64,000 nt of DNA from Azolla caroliniana. Taxonomy: Eukaryota; Plantae; Polypodiophyta. Positions 26,701 to 38,499 of the stretch are shown piece after piece (the first letter of the stretch is position 1; each line of letters opens with the position of its first letter). The translations under genes and the position numbers were made by a program. The stretch lies in assembly GCA_043228905.1 (NCBI GenBank), contig JBHGNT010000017.1, positions 17,918,001-17,982,000 of the forward strand, read 5' to 3'. The notes under the pieces are model-generated. The model did no database searches. It had not been told where the DNA came from and saw nothing but the letters and a program-made list of their open reading frames with translations.

Positions 26701-28271
26701 CAGTATGTTCGGGTCGGTCGTCAAAATTTTAGCTGAAGAGCCGACGTAGTTGACCTCCTCATGTCGGCTACTCTTCTGATCTGCTCTTTGAGCTTTGTCG
26801 GCTTTAGCTTTGAGTGCCCGACAATCGGCTTTGATGTGTCCCGGTTTCTTGCAGTAGTTGTAGATTCAATTGTCCCAGGACTTGCTCTGGCTTCGTTGAT
26901 TGTTCGACGGTCGGGAAGAACTTCTTCCCCGGTTGTTCGATTGGTCGGTCGAACCTTGTACTACGTAAGCTTCATCTACCGAGTCTTTGGCAAAAGACTT
27001 TCTCCAAGTTGCTTCAGTCAGGATTGCGCTCGTAATTTCGGAGTACTTAATGGCAATTGTTGAAGCATTGCACATGGTTGTGACGAAAGTTTCCCAAGAG
27101 GAGGGGAGACTACTCATGAGTATCATTGCTCTGAGTTCATCCTCTATTTTCGTCCCCTGAGACGATATTTGCAAGCTTAGGCTTTCGTACTTGTTGAGGT
27201 GTGCATGAACCGAATCGGATTCTTTCATCCGCAAGTTGCAGAGGCACCGGATCAGATACATATTCGTTGCGGCGACCTTCTTTTCATAAGTTTCCGACAA
27301 TGTTTTCCAAAGTTCAAAAGCTATCGAGCATAATTGCACTGTGAAGTACACTGACTCCAACAAGTGCATCTGAATCGTGGCCTGGACAATTCTGTCTAGC
27401 TTTAGCCACTCGTTTGCCTTGTATGCTTCTGGAGGATTTTCATTCTCAATCGGGTCTATCTGACCCTTGACTATGAGATAGTCCTGCATTTGTTCCTTCC
27501 AGAAGTTGAAGTTTGAACCGTTGAACCTCCTTAGACTCATCTCCAATAAGCCGGATGTTGATGCCATCTGCTTCGGTTTCGGTTGGTAAGACTCTGTTTG
27601 GAGTTGACTAGGAACCTTAGTGGGGTGCAGCTGGTCGGCTCACCCGATATTGTTCTAGTCGGTCTTGAACCCGAGTCAGTTTGGTTTCGAATACTTGTTT
27701 GCTGAGCCTTCTTGGAGTGACTCCGGTTAGCTTCCGATTGAATGCCGAATACCGATCACAAGAAACCGATTGTTTAGGCCGATTCTGCTTCCGATGACTG
27801 CAGCGATGAGAGGGACGGATCCAACTGATCCTTCCGAATGTCGATCAGCCGAATGAAGCACGAATTTGGTTGTTGCTTGGAGACCAATCTGCAACGGGTG
27901 GTTACAACAAGTGGGTCAATAGTGTCCGGTGACCTATTCGGATGTTGTTTAACAAAATGAAGCACAATTGGGTCGGGTGTTGCACAAGGAGCTCACCTCA
28001 AGTGGTTACAATCACAGGAACAGAGTACAGCCGACTAGCTTACTCCAATTAGTGATTTAACATAGTGAGATGCAGACTTCTTGTTTGTCTTCTCTCTTCT
28101 TTGTTCTTCAAGAAAAATAGAAACAGAATGTTGTGTGGTGTACTATGACAGCCATCAGCAGGTTGAAGAACCTCCAACGCTTTGATACCAAATGTTGGGG
28201 ACAAGGTCGTCAGTACAGAAGAACAAACAACATCTGTGATGTTGAAGGACCTGTGTATGAGAATAAACAAG

Positions 28272-28312
<41 letters not shown>

Positions 28313-28514
28313 TAGGCACAAAGAAACGTTTTATTTCTTAATAGCAAAAGTTACAAATGACAACCAGCCAACCCCTTTACTAAAAGTTACAAAGTCACTT
28401 TATATAGTGACTATCCTAGGGCAACTGCCCTTTATGCTATTTACAGAAATAGCCCAAACTTGGGCTGTCCAAAGGGATAGTGTGAATACGGCCATTATAC
28501 ACTCGTATTCGACA
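23733..28514 (-). mobile_element. Co-F: two-LTR Ty1/Copia element, degenerate
   Basis: LTRs 23733-24036 and 28193-28514; TSD ATCTG/ATCCG; PBS 28179-28190; gag 26866-27567, integrase 25807-26322, RT/RNase H 24232-25617 with an internal RT deletion. Confidence 0.93.
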
Positions 28515-29298
28515 ATCCGCTCTATGATCGATCAAGCCCCGTCTGGGCTTGATTCTCCAATGTCCAGAGTTTCGGCTCCAATGCCGATCCCGCCAGACTC
28601 GTTCTGTACTCTCGGTCTTCTTCTTCCCGATTTCCGTCCTTCTCTCGGTTGGTCTTTCTCCCCATGTAAAAGAGGGCAGCTCATCCCGCACCCTCTCCCG
28701 TATCGGCACCGTCGTGCCCCGCTTGGACTCCGGCTCGACCAGGTCCGTCTTGTCCGGGTGCCCCCTTCCTGCTGTGATGTCGTGCCGTCGCACACCACCT
28801 TCGTTTCGCTTCTGGGTGACCACACTCTGTGAGCTACTCGGAGCTCCTCCTCTTTATGTTGGACGGTCGAGCCTTCGGCAAAACTCATGGGACTCCGTAC
28901 CCGTTGAAACAGTCGACTCCTTCGACCTTGCCCATCTCAATGCGCCGCTTCTCGACCCTCCTTCTCGAAGTCTTCAGCCTCCAACTCCATCCTCCCTTTC
29001 CGCCCTTCATGTCGGGTTCACCAAAGATGTCACGGAAATCCGTGCTTGCATGTCGGATCCGGGCAGGACCACCGGGGTCATGGTCCAGGAGGGGAGGAGT
29101 TGCAGGGAACCCGAATCCTCCGGAGCTCACCGCGTTGCTAGCCGGTTCACTCCCGGATACTCTCCTGACGCGACCAGTAACCGCACGGGAAGTGAGAGAG
29201 CGCGCCCTCGTCCTTGCCGCCCCTTTCGCCTGTATGTACAAGGGGTCCAAAAGTATTGGGAGACAGGTCCCTCCGGATGGGAAGGGAGAAGAACAGTA

Positions 29299-29520
29299 CC
29301 GGATGAGGAGTACCCGGCTTCGGAGAGCCGGATGGTGCAGACCCGGTGTGAACCGGATGAGGAGTACCCGGCTACGGAGAGCCAGATGGTGCAGACCCGG
29401 TGTGAACCGGATGAGGAGTACCCGGCTACGGAGAGTCGGATGGTGCAGGCCCGGTGAGAACCGGATAAGGAAGTACCCGGCTACGGAGAGCCGGATGGTG
29501 CAAACCCGGTGAGAACCGGA
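29299..29520 (+). repeat. 54-bp tandem repeat (~4 copies) in the Co-G LTR U3
   Basis: CCGGATGAGGAGTACCCGGCT at 29299, 29353, 29407 and 29461. Confidence 0.92.
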
Positions 29521-29673
29521 GGAAGAGACATATTCGTAAATATGTCTCTTAGAGCCCATCGAGGCTATATTTGTAAATAGCCGAAAAGTCATATTAGTAT
29601 AAATATGACTTAGGGCAAACTTTTAGTAGTGGTTGTCATTTTCTGTTTTGCACGAGATTAGTGTGCGTAACTG

Positions 29674-29710
<37 letters not shown>

Positions 29711-30008
29711 GTCGTTGCCTCTGTTGTAACAGCCGCCTGTGGCGAAGATTTGTGAGCTCGAGGTCGGTGCCTCAGTGAACTCACTGTTGTATATTCCTAC
29801 ATAGTGACAGTTTGCAGCCTGTGGGCTGCCGTGGTTTTTCCCCTAGTTTGGGGTTTTCACGTAAACCTCCTGTGTATTCTCTTCTTCTTCTTGTCGTGTT
29901 TTATTTCCCGTTTTCTGTGTATCATTCTAAGCTCGGTTGGGGCCGAGCGTCACGCATAAGGAACGTTGGGTTCCCGTCAAGTGGCAAAAGAGCGAAACGA
30001 CACAGAAA

Positions 30009-33000
30009 ATGGACGAATCGTTTGGCGGCATGTTCAAGCTCACCGGCTCCAACTATTCAATGTGGAAGTCGAAGATGAGAGACATGCTCGTGGTTAAAGA
30101 TCTTTGGCTACCTGTTCAGTTCGGGGACAAGAGACCGGACAAGATCGACGCCACAATATGGGAGGTGATGCACATGAAGACAACGGCGTACATACGGTGC
30201 TTCATCGACATGAGCCTATACAACAATTTCAATGAAGAGAGCAAGGCTCATGAGCTCTGGGAGAAGATCGGCATAATGTTTCAGAACAAAAATGTTGTCA
30301 ATCAGGTGTCGGTATTCCGGAAGCTAGTAAGACTCCGGTACCAAGATGGCTCCAGCATGGCGGAGCACATGAATGCCTTCCAGGGGCTGATCCACCAGGC
30401 AACTTCATTGGAAGTACCTCTCGCCGATGAGGTACTAGCGCTACTCCTGCTCGGTTCCCTCCCGGATAGCTGGGAGACGTTGGTTGTCACTTTGGGCAAC
30501 GCCGGGCTGGAAGGAAAGCGGTTATCCCTAGCAAGAGTAAAGTCGAGCTTGTAGATGAGGAGGCGCGTCAGAAAGATAAGGATACGAGCTCCAACTCCAA
30601 AGCGCTCATTACCGAATCGGAACACGGAAGACATAGAAACCATAGTCCCCAAAACCGGGAGAAGTCGGGGACATGGTCAAAGTCAAGGGGGAGGCCTACT
30701 TGCTTCTATTGCGGCAAGCTGGGACACTTCAAGAAGAACTGTCGGCACTTCCATAAAGACAAGGAAACCGACGGTGCCGATTCGAAGCGGACCCCGGACC
30801 GGAAGGGAACGACGGCAATCGCGGCAAGTGAAGAAGAGTTGATGCTCATCACCGAGGAGAGTGAGATAAACCTTGTCGGCGACAAGATGACCTGGGTGGT
30901 AGACTCCGGAGCCTCATTCCACCTTACCCCGGACCGGAAATGCTTCTCATCCTACTCAGTCGGTGACCACGGCTGTGTCAGGATGGGGAATGAAGGTACA
31001 TGCCGAATTGTCGGCATAGGAGATGTGTGGCTGACAACACCAACCGGATGGAAGTTGCTGCTGAAGGATGTCCGACACGTTCCGGAGGTTCGTCTGAACC
31101 TGATATCAGCCGGTCGGCTAGATGATGAAGGTTACACGGGTAGCATCTGGAACGGGGTCATGAAGTTCAGCAAAGGGAGCCTGATTGTGGCTCGGGCCCG
31201 GAAGCTCAACACGTTGTACCTGATGAATGCCCGGTTATGTCCGGAAGAAGTGAACGTGGCATCCGACACTACCGGTGAGTTGTGGCACAAGAGGCTGTGT
31301 CATATGAGCGAGAAGGGGATGAAGAGGCTTGCAAACAACAACCTCATTCCAGTGAAGAACGTGCACTTACAGAAGTGCACTGATTGTCTGGCCGGTAAGC
31401 AGAACCGGACCTCCTTCCGACCAAGGCCACCGATGAGACGTAATGCACCACTGGAGTTGGTGCATACGGATGTGTGTCAGGTAGACACGAAGTCACATGC
31501 CGGAGCGCAGTACTTCGTGATGTTCATAGATGACCACAGCCGGAAGATGTGGGCCACACCGTTGAAGACGAAGGATCAGGTGTTATCCGTCTTCAAAGAG
31601 CTCCACACGAGAGTGGAAAGAGAAACCGGCCGGAAGCTGAAGGCGGTTCGAGCAGATAACGGAGGAGAATACCTGGGGCAGTTTGAGGAGTACTGTCGCT
31701 CGAAGGGAATCCGGCTCGAATTTACCGTGCCGAAGACGCCGGAACTAAACGGGCTGGCCGAGAGGATGAACCGGACCATAATAGAGAGGGTTCGGAGTAT
31801 GCTAGCGCATGCAAAACTACCCAAGAAGTTTTGGCCTGAGGCACTGTCGACGGCGACATATGTGATAAACAGATCACCCTCAGTACCCTTGGACGGAGAC
31901 ACGCCACAGAGAGTGTGGACCAGTAAGGAAGTATCCTACCGGCATCTGAAGGTGTTCGGGTGTCTCGCGTACGTGCATGTAGCTAAGGACCGGAGAGGAA
32001 AGCTAGATCCAAAGACCCAGCCATGCATATTCCTCGGTTACGGTGACGATGAGTTCGGCTACCGAGTGTGGGACCCGATCGACAAGAAGGTATTCCGGAG
32101 TCGAGATATTATCTTCATGGAGGACAAGACGCTCGCCGACTGGGAGTCGGAGAAGAAGATAATGAACTCCGAGTCGACTGGTAAGGATCGACTCTACGAT
32201 GAGCAGACCCAACCGGCAAGAGACCGGTTAGCACCCGAAGAACCAGCCGGATACGGTGAGGATACCGAACTGGCAGAAGAAGAGGTAGAGGAAGCTGAGA
32301 CCGGAACCGGCCTAGACCCTGAATCGGATTCGGATGAAGAGCAAATGGAGGAGCCGGCTACCGAAGCCCAAAGACGGAGATATCCTCTCAAAGAGAGAAG
32401 GGCCCCCCGGAGATTTCCGGATGCAGAGCATGTTATGCTGACCGATAAGGGGGAGCTGAAAAGCTTCAAAGAAGCGAAGGATGACACCCACAGCCGAAAA
32501 TGGTTAAGTGCCATGCAGGACGAGATGGATTCCCTACATGAGAACCATACGTACGAATTGGTGGAGTTGCCGAAAGGAAAGCGGGCACTCCGAAACAAGT
32601 GGGTGTACAAGTTGAAACCAGGAGATGCCGGCAACCCCCCGAGATACAAAGCCAGGATCCTGGTGAAGGGGTTCCAGCAGAAGAAGGGCGTGGACTTCGA
32701 CGAGATATTTGCCCTGGTAGTAAAGATGACCTCCATCCGGACGGTGCTGAGTATAGCGGCAAGCATGGACCTTGAGGTAGAGCAGCTGGACGTGAAGACA
32801 ACATTCCTTCACGGCGACCTCGAAGAGGAGATCTACATGCAGCAACCGGAAGGTTTCGTGGAAAAAGGGAAGGAGAACCTGGTATGCCGGTTGAAGAAGA
32901 GCCTGTACGGACTGAAGCAGGCTCCCCGACAATGGTACCAGAAGTTCGACTCCTTCATGACCAATCAAGGGTACCACAAGACGCAGGCCGATCACTGTGT

Positions 33001-34024
33001 GTTTGTGAAGAAGTTCGAAGGAGGAGACTTCCTGATACTCCTTCTGTACGTGGATGACATGTTGATCGTCGGACGGGACCAAGTCAAAATACGGATGCTG
33101 AAGAAGGCTCTCAACCGGACCTTCTCAATGAAAGACTTGGGTCCGGTAAGACAGATGTTGGGGATGCATATCATTCAAGACCGGTCAAAGAAGCAATTAT
33201 GGCTGTCACAGGAGAAGTACATGACAAAGGTGCTTCACCGGTTCAACATGTCAGAAGCGAAACCGGTCGGATCGACACTTCCGGCAAACTGCAAGCTATC
33301 TGGCAAGCAAAGCCCGAAGACGAAAGCAGAGAAGGCGGATATGATGAAGATTCCATATGCCTTTGCCGTCGGGAGCTTGATGTACGCAATGGTTTGTACT
33401 CGACCGGATATAGGATACGCAGTCGGAGTGGTGAGCCGGTTCATGAGTAATCCCGGCAAGGAGCACTGGAACGCGGTCAAATGGATACTCCGGTATTTGA
33501 AGGGCACTTCAAATATGTGTCTCCGATTCGGCTCCGGAAAACCTCAACTGGACGGTTTCACCGATTCGGACATTTCGGCTGATGTGGATACCAGCCGGTC
33601 TACATCCGGGTATGTAATGACATATGCAGGGGGAGCTGTTTCGTGGCAGTCGAGGCTGCAGAAGACGGTTGCATTGTCAACCACGGAGGCGGAGTACATG
33701 GCAGCTGTAGAAGCCGGCAAGGAAATTTTATGGATGAAGGACTTCATCGGAGAGCTCGGTAAACGGCAAGAGGAATACCGACTCTATTGCGACAGTCAAA
33801 GTGCCATCCACCTTGCTAAGAATGCGGCCTACCATTCCCGGACGAAGCATATCCAACGAAGGTATCACTGGATCCGGGAAAGAGTAGATGACCAGGAGTT
33901 CGCACTGACGAAGATCCACACGGCCGAGAACGGGTCAGATATGCTGACCAAAGTGCTGACACCCGACAAGCTGGACGCATGCCGGAAGAGGATCGGACTA
34001 GTAAGACACCCCATGCCGGAGTGA
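30009..34024 (+). CDS. Co-G gag-pol polyprotein, with one 1-nt frameshift near 30551
   Basis: gag 30009-30554; 1061-aa ORF 30839-34024 with DSGAS protease, HHCC and DDE integrase, YVDD RT, RNase H. AGCTTG-TAGATGAG lacks a C present in Co-K and Co-H. Confidence 0.93.
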
Positions 34025-34169
34025 AGGGGGAGTTTGTTGGGAGACAGGTCCCTCCGGATGGGAAGGGAGAAGAACAGTGCCGATGAACAAACTCGGCCGA
34101 GGCCGAAACCGGATGAGGAGTACCCGGCTTCGGAGAGCCGGATGGTGCACGAGATTAGTGTGCGTAACT

Positions 34170-34205
<36 letters not shown>

Positions 34206-35839
34206 GTCGTTGCCTCTGTTGTAACCGCCGCCTATGGCGAAGATTTGTGAGCTCGAGGTCGGTGCCTCAGTGAACTCACTGTTGTATATTCCTACATAGT
34301 GACAGTTTGCAGCCTGTGGGCTGCCGTGGTTTTTCCCCTAGTTTGGGGTTTTCACGTAAACCTCCTGTGTATTCTCTTCTTCTTCTTGTCGTGTTTTATT
34401 TCCCGTTTTCTGTGTATCATTCTAAGCTCGGTCGGGGCCGAGCGTCGCGCATAAGGAACGTTGGGTTCCCGTCAAAAAGAGGCACAGGACACGGCCCGGT
34501 TAACCGCGCCCATACACATGCACACACACATATACACACCTAGTTACAACCGGCACCTCTACACCGCGACCACGCACGCACCTACTCTCGGACCCTACGC
34601 TTACCCAAAACACACACACACATACATACACGACGCTAGTTCCACACCGAGAGGAAGAGGGAGCCTGCATCCTAGGGCCGATCGGGGAGCTCCCAGGCTC
34701 GTTTGCGCAATGGGACCCTTGTGCAGGGCATGCCTCTTCTAGAACGACCACCTCCTGTGGCCAAGCCGCCTAGAGGGAGCGCACGGGCTCGCCGACTCAA
34801 GTTGGGTCTTGCGTGCCAAGGAGCGGTAACCTACCAAGAAACCACCTAGCGTGCGGGCTCGTCACGACCGATAGAAGCCAACACCCACACACACACACAA
34901 TACCGGACCATGGAGTGCTGAGAAGCCAACAAGCAGGAACTCACGAAAGGGCGCAGACAGTCCGCGTGCCGCCTACCACAACTGAACACACCGCCCGCCC
35001 ACGCATGCACACAGATGACACCAAAACCTTAACAGAGAATAGAGACAACTCACCCTAAGATGAAGAGAAGACAGAAATCGACGTTATGCATAAAAGTTTA
35101 TTAACACCAAAATGGAACCCACGAAGGGGAACCCTTTTACAAGGGGCGCACCCTCCCTTTTATAGAACAAGGTGAGGGTTGTGTGACTATGTGGGATAAA
35201 TCCCGACTTACATGGGATTCTCTGTCCCAAATTAACTCCTACTCGGTGCCATAAAGGCACCCCTATTGTTCACATGTTTTTACAAGGGTGAGTGCACATG
35301 CTCCACCCCGCCGATTTTTTTGAGATTCCCCTGTTTCTCACCATGGCCCGGAATCTTCACGACAACGGCTCATTGCTCTTCATTTAGGACTCACAGCTGG
35401 TCAATAAAGTGACCATTCGCAATACAGGAGTCGGGTCGTCCATCGACGAATTCGCAGAAGCCTTTGCCAGAAGGTCCATATACTCGGTCGGAGACTTATG
35501 CTTGGGGTACGACCAATTCCAACTAGCTGTTGAAAGCCAGGACATCACGACAATGCAAACTCCTCTTAGCCTAGTTCGGATGTGTACCCTACCACAAGGC
35601 GGGACCAATTCGGTGGTGCAAATGGTGAATGCGATGAACAAAGTATTGAGGGACTGCATCCTGGACATCACCATGACATTCTTGGACGAAATTCCCATTA
35701 GGGCGTGTCCGGAGGACACAAAGGATGACTGGATCAGAGCAAACGGATGTCAAAGGTTTGTCGTGGACCACATCTCCGACTACGAGAAGATACTGCAAAG
35801 GCTTAAGGGCGCTCAACTTACCTTGTCCGGGGAGAAGTC

Positions 35840-38375
35840 TGTTGGGGAAATAAATCTCTTCGGATGGGATCCAGTGATGAATAAAGAGGACCCGGTGAGA
35901 ACTGGAAGAGAGCCGGTGAGAACCATAAGAGATTCGGAAACCGGATCGGTGAACCCGGTGAGAACTAGAAGAGAAGACAAATTTGTAAATATGTTTTGAA
36001 TAAGCCCATTGAGGCTATATTTGTAAATAACCCTAAGTTCATATAACTATAAATATGACTTAGGGCAATCACTTTAGTGTGTGATTGCGTTGTTGTCATA
36101 TTGTTGTAACTATTGTACAGAGAGAGAGGGAGAGAGAGGGATATAGAGCGATACTCTGTTGTAACCGCCACTGTGCGACGAAATAGAGCTCGAGGTCATT
36201 GCCTCCGAGTCTCAAACTGTACCCCTTCTCTTCATAGTGATAGTTTGGAGTCTGTGGGTTCCTGTGTTTTTGGTTTCCTATTAGGAATTTTTCCATGTAA
36301 ACATCCTGTATCATTTTCTTGTGTACTCTCCACTTCCCATTTCTGTGTTTGATTCTTATAGAAGTGATTTACTACTCGGTTGTGTCACAGTGATATTTTG
36401 TGCATTTCTCTTCAAACTGGTATCAGAGCGAACGACACAGAAAATGGAAGAATCGTTTGGCGGCATGTTCAAGCTCACCGGCTCCAACTACTCAGTGTGG
36501 AAGTCAAAGATGAGGGATATGATGGTAGTCAAAGATCTTTGGTTGCCGGTTCAATTCCGGGATAAGAGACCGGATAAGATCGACGCCACAATGTGGGAGG
36601 TGATGCACTTGAAGACAACGGCATACATCCCGTGCTTCATCAACATGAGCTTGTACAGCAACTTCAATGAAGAGAGCAAGGCTCATGAACTCTGGGAGAA
36701 GATCGGCATCATGTTCCAGAACAAGAATGTCGTTAATCGGGTTTCGGTATTTCGGAAGCTAGTGAGGCTCCGATACCAAGACGGCTCCAGTATGGCGGAG
36801 CACATGAATGCCTTCCAGGGGCTGATACACCAAGCAACCTCATTGGAAGTACCTCTCGCCGATGAGGTACTTGCTCTACTCCTACTCGGTTCTCTTCCTG
36901 ATAGCTGGGAGACGTTAGTTGTCACGTTGGGCAACACCGGGCCAGAAGGAAAACAGCTATCCCTAGCAAGAGTCAAGGCGAGCTTGCTAAATGAGGAGGC
37001 ACGTCGGAAAGACAAGGAGGTGATCTCCGACGCCAAAGCCCTCCTTACCGAATCGGAACGCGGAAGACAAAGGATTTGGAGTTCCCAAAACCAGGAAAAG
37101 TCGGGGACACGGTCAAAGTCAAGGGGGAGGCCAACTTGCTTCTATTGGGGCAAGTCAGGGCACTTCCAAAAGAACTATCGGTATTTCTGGAAAGACAAGG
37201 GAACCGACATTACCGATTCGAAGAAGTCACCGAACTGAAACGGTTCCGGTGAGGTTTGGACCGGAAGGGAACGATGGCGATCGTGGCAAGTGAAGAAAAA
37301 CTAATGCTCATAACCGGGACAGTGAGTTGAACCTTGCCGTCGACAAGACAACATGGGTTGTCGATTCCGGAGCGCCAATCCACCTTACCCCGGACCGGAA
37401 ATGCTTCTCATCCTACACAGCTGGTGAGCACGGCTATGTTCAAATGGGGAATGAAGGGACATGCCGAATTATCGGTATAGGAGATGTGTTGACGACATCA
37501 ACCGGATGCAAGCTACTACTAAAGGATGTCTGACACGTCCCGGAGGTTCAAATGAACTTGATATCAGTCGGTCGGCTAGATGATGAAGGCTATACAGGTA
37601 GCATCCGGAACAGTGTCATGAAATTCTGCAAAGGGAGCTTAATAGTGGCTCGAGCCCGAAAGGTCAACACACTGTACTTGATGAATGTCTGGATATGCCG
37701 GGAAGAAGTGAATGTAGCATATGACATTGCCGGTGAACTGTGGCACAAAAGGTTGTGTCACATGAGTGAGAAGGGGATGAAGAGGCTTGCCGAAGACAAC
37801 CTCATTCCGGTGAAGGACGTGCAACTTGAGAAAAGCACCGACTGCTTGGCCGGCAAGCAAAACCGCGCTTCCTTCCGGTCAAGACCACCAATGAGACGGA
37901 ATGCACCACTGGAGCTGGTGCATACCGATGTGTGTCAAGTTGACACGAAGTCACATGCTAGATCACAGTACTTCGTGATGTTCATAGATGATCACAACCG
38001 AAAGTTGTGCGTCTCACCGTTGAAAACGAAGGATCAAGTGTTATCCGTCTTCAAGGAGCTCCCGAGAGAGTGGAGAGAGAAATTGTCATGATATGGCAAG
38101 ACTCGAACCCATGACCTTATGGTATATGGGAAGAGCTCTTGACCATTATACCATCTATTGTAATACGTAGGATATTATTTTCATTTAAGTTTTATTATAG
38201 GAAATTAATGTATATTCTAGATTTCTTTGGAACATTTAAGAAGCTTCAGGATTACTCCTAAGAACACTATAAAAGAAGGCACTATGCATTATGTTGAACC
38301 AAATTGGTTCAATGCCAGTCTTAAGCCTCTTAGCCATTTTGTACTTATCCTTCACATAATATATTAGTTGTTATC

Positions 38376-38410
<35 letters not shown>

Positions 38411-38456
38411 CTCGCTATCTCTCTCTCTCTCTCTCTCATCCTCGCTATCTCTCTCT

Positions 38457-38499
<43 letters not shown>

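Larger units (their letters stand above)
29254..34474 (+). mobile_element. Co-G: near-intact Ty1/Copia element inserted in the Gy-E 5' LTR
   Basis: Perfect TSD AAAAG; LTRs 29254-29979 and 34035-34474; PPT GAAGGGGGAG. Confidence 0.96.
22872..35364 (-). mobile_element. Gy-E: non-autonomous Gypsy-family element on the minus strand
   Basis: Perfect TSD ACGG (22868-22871 / 35365-35368); 3' LTR 22872-23274 (internally deleted); PPT; Trp PBS 29006-29023; 5' LTR 29028-35364 split by Co-G; no pol seen. Confidence 0.88.

Noticed and set aside
28549-29592. Long overlapping ORFs (227-302 aa) as novel genes
   Set aside because: They cross the Gy-E/Co-G junction and the 54-bp LTR repeats; chance open frames in GC-rich DNA
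38090-38160. Functional tRNA gene
   Set aside because: A and B boxes are present but the acceptor and T stems do not pair
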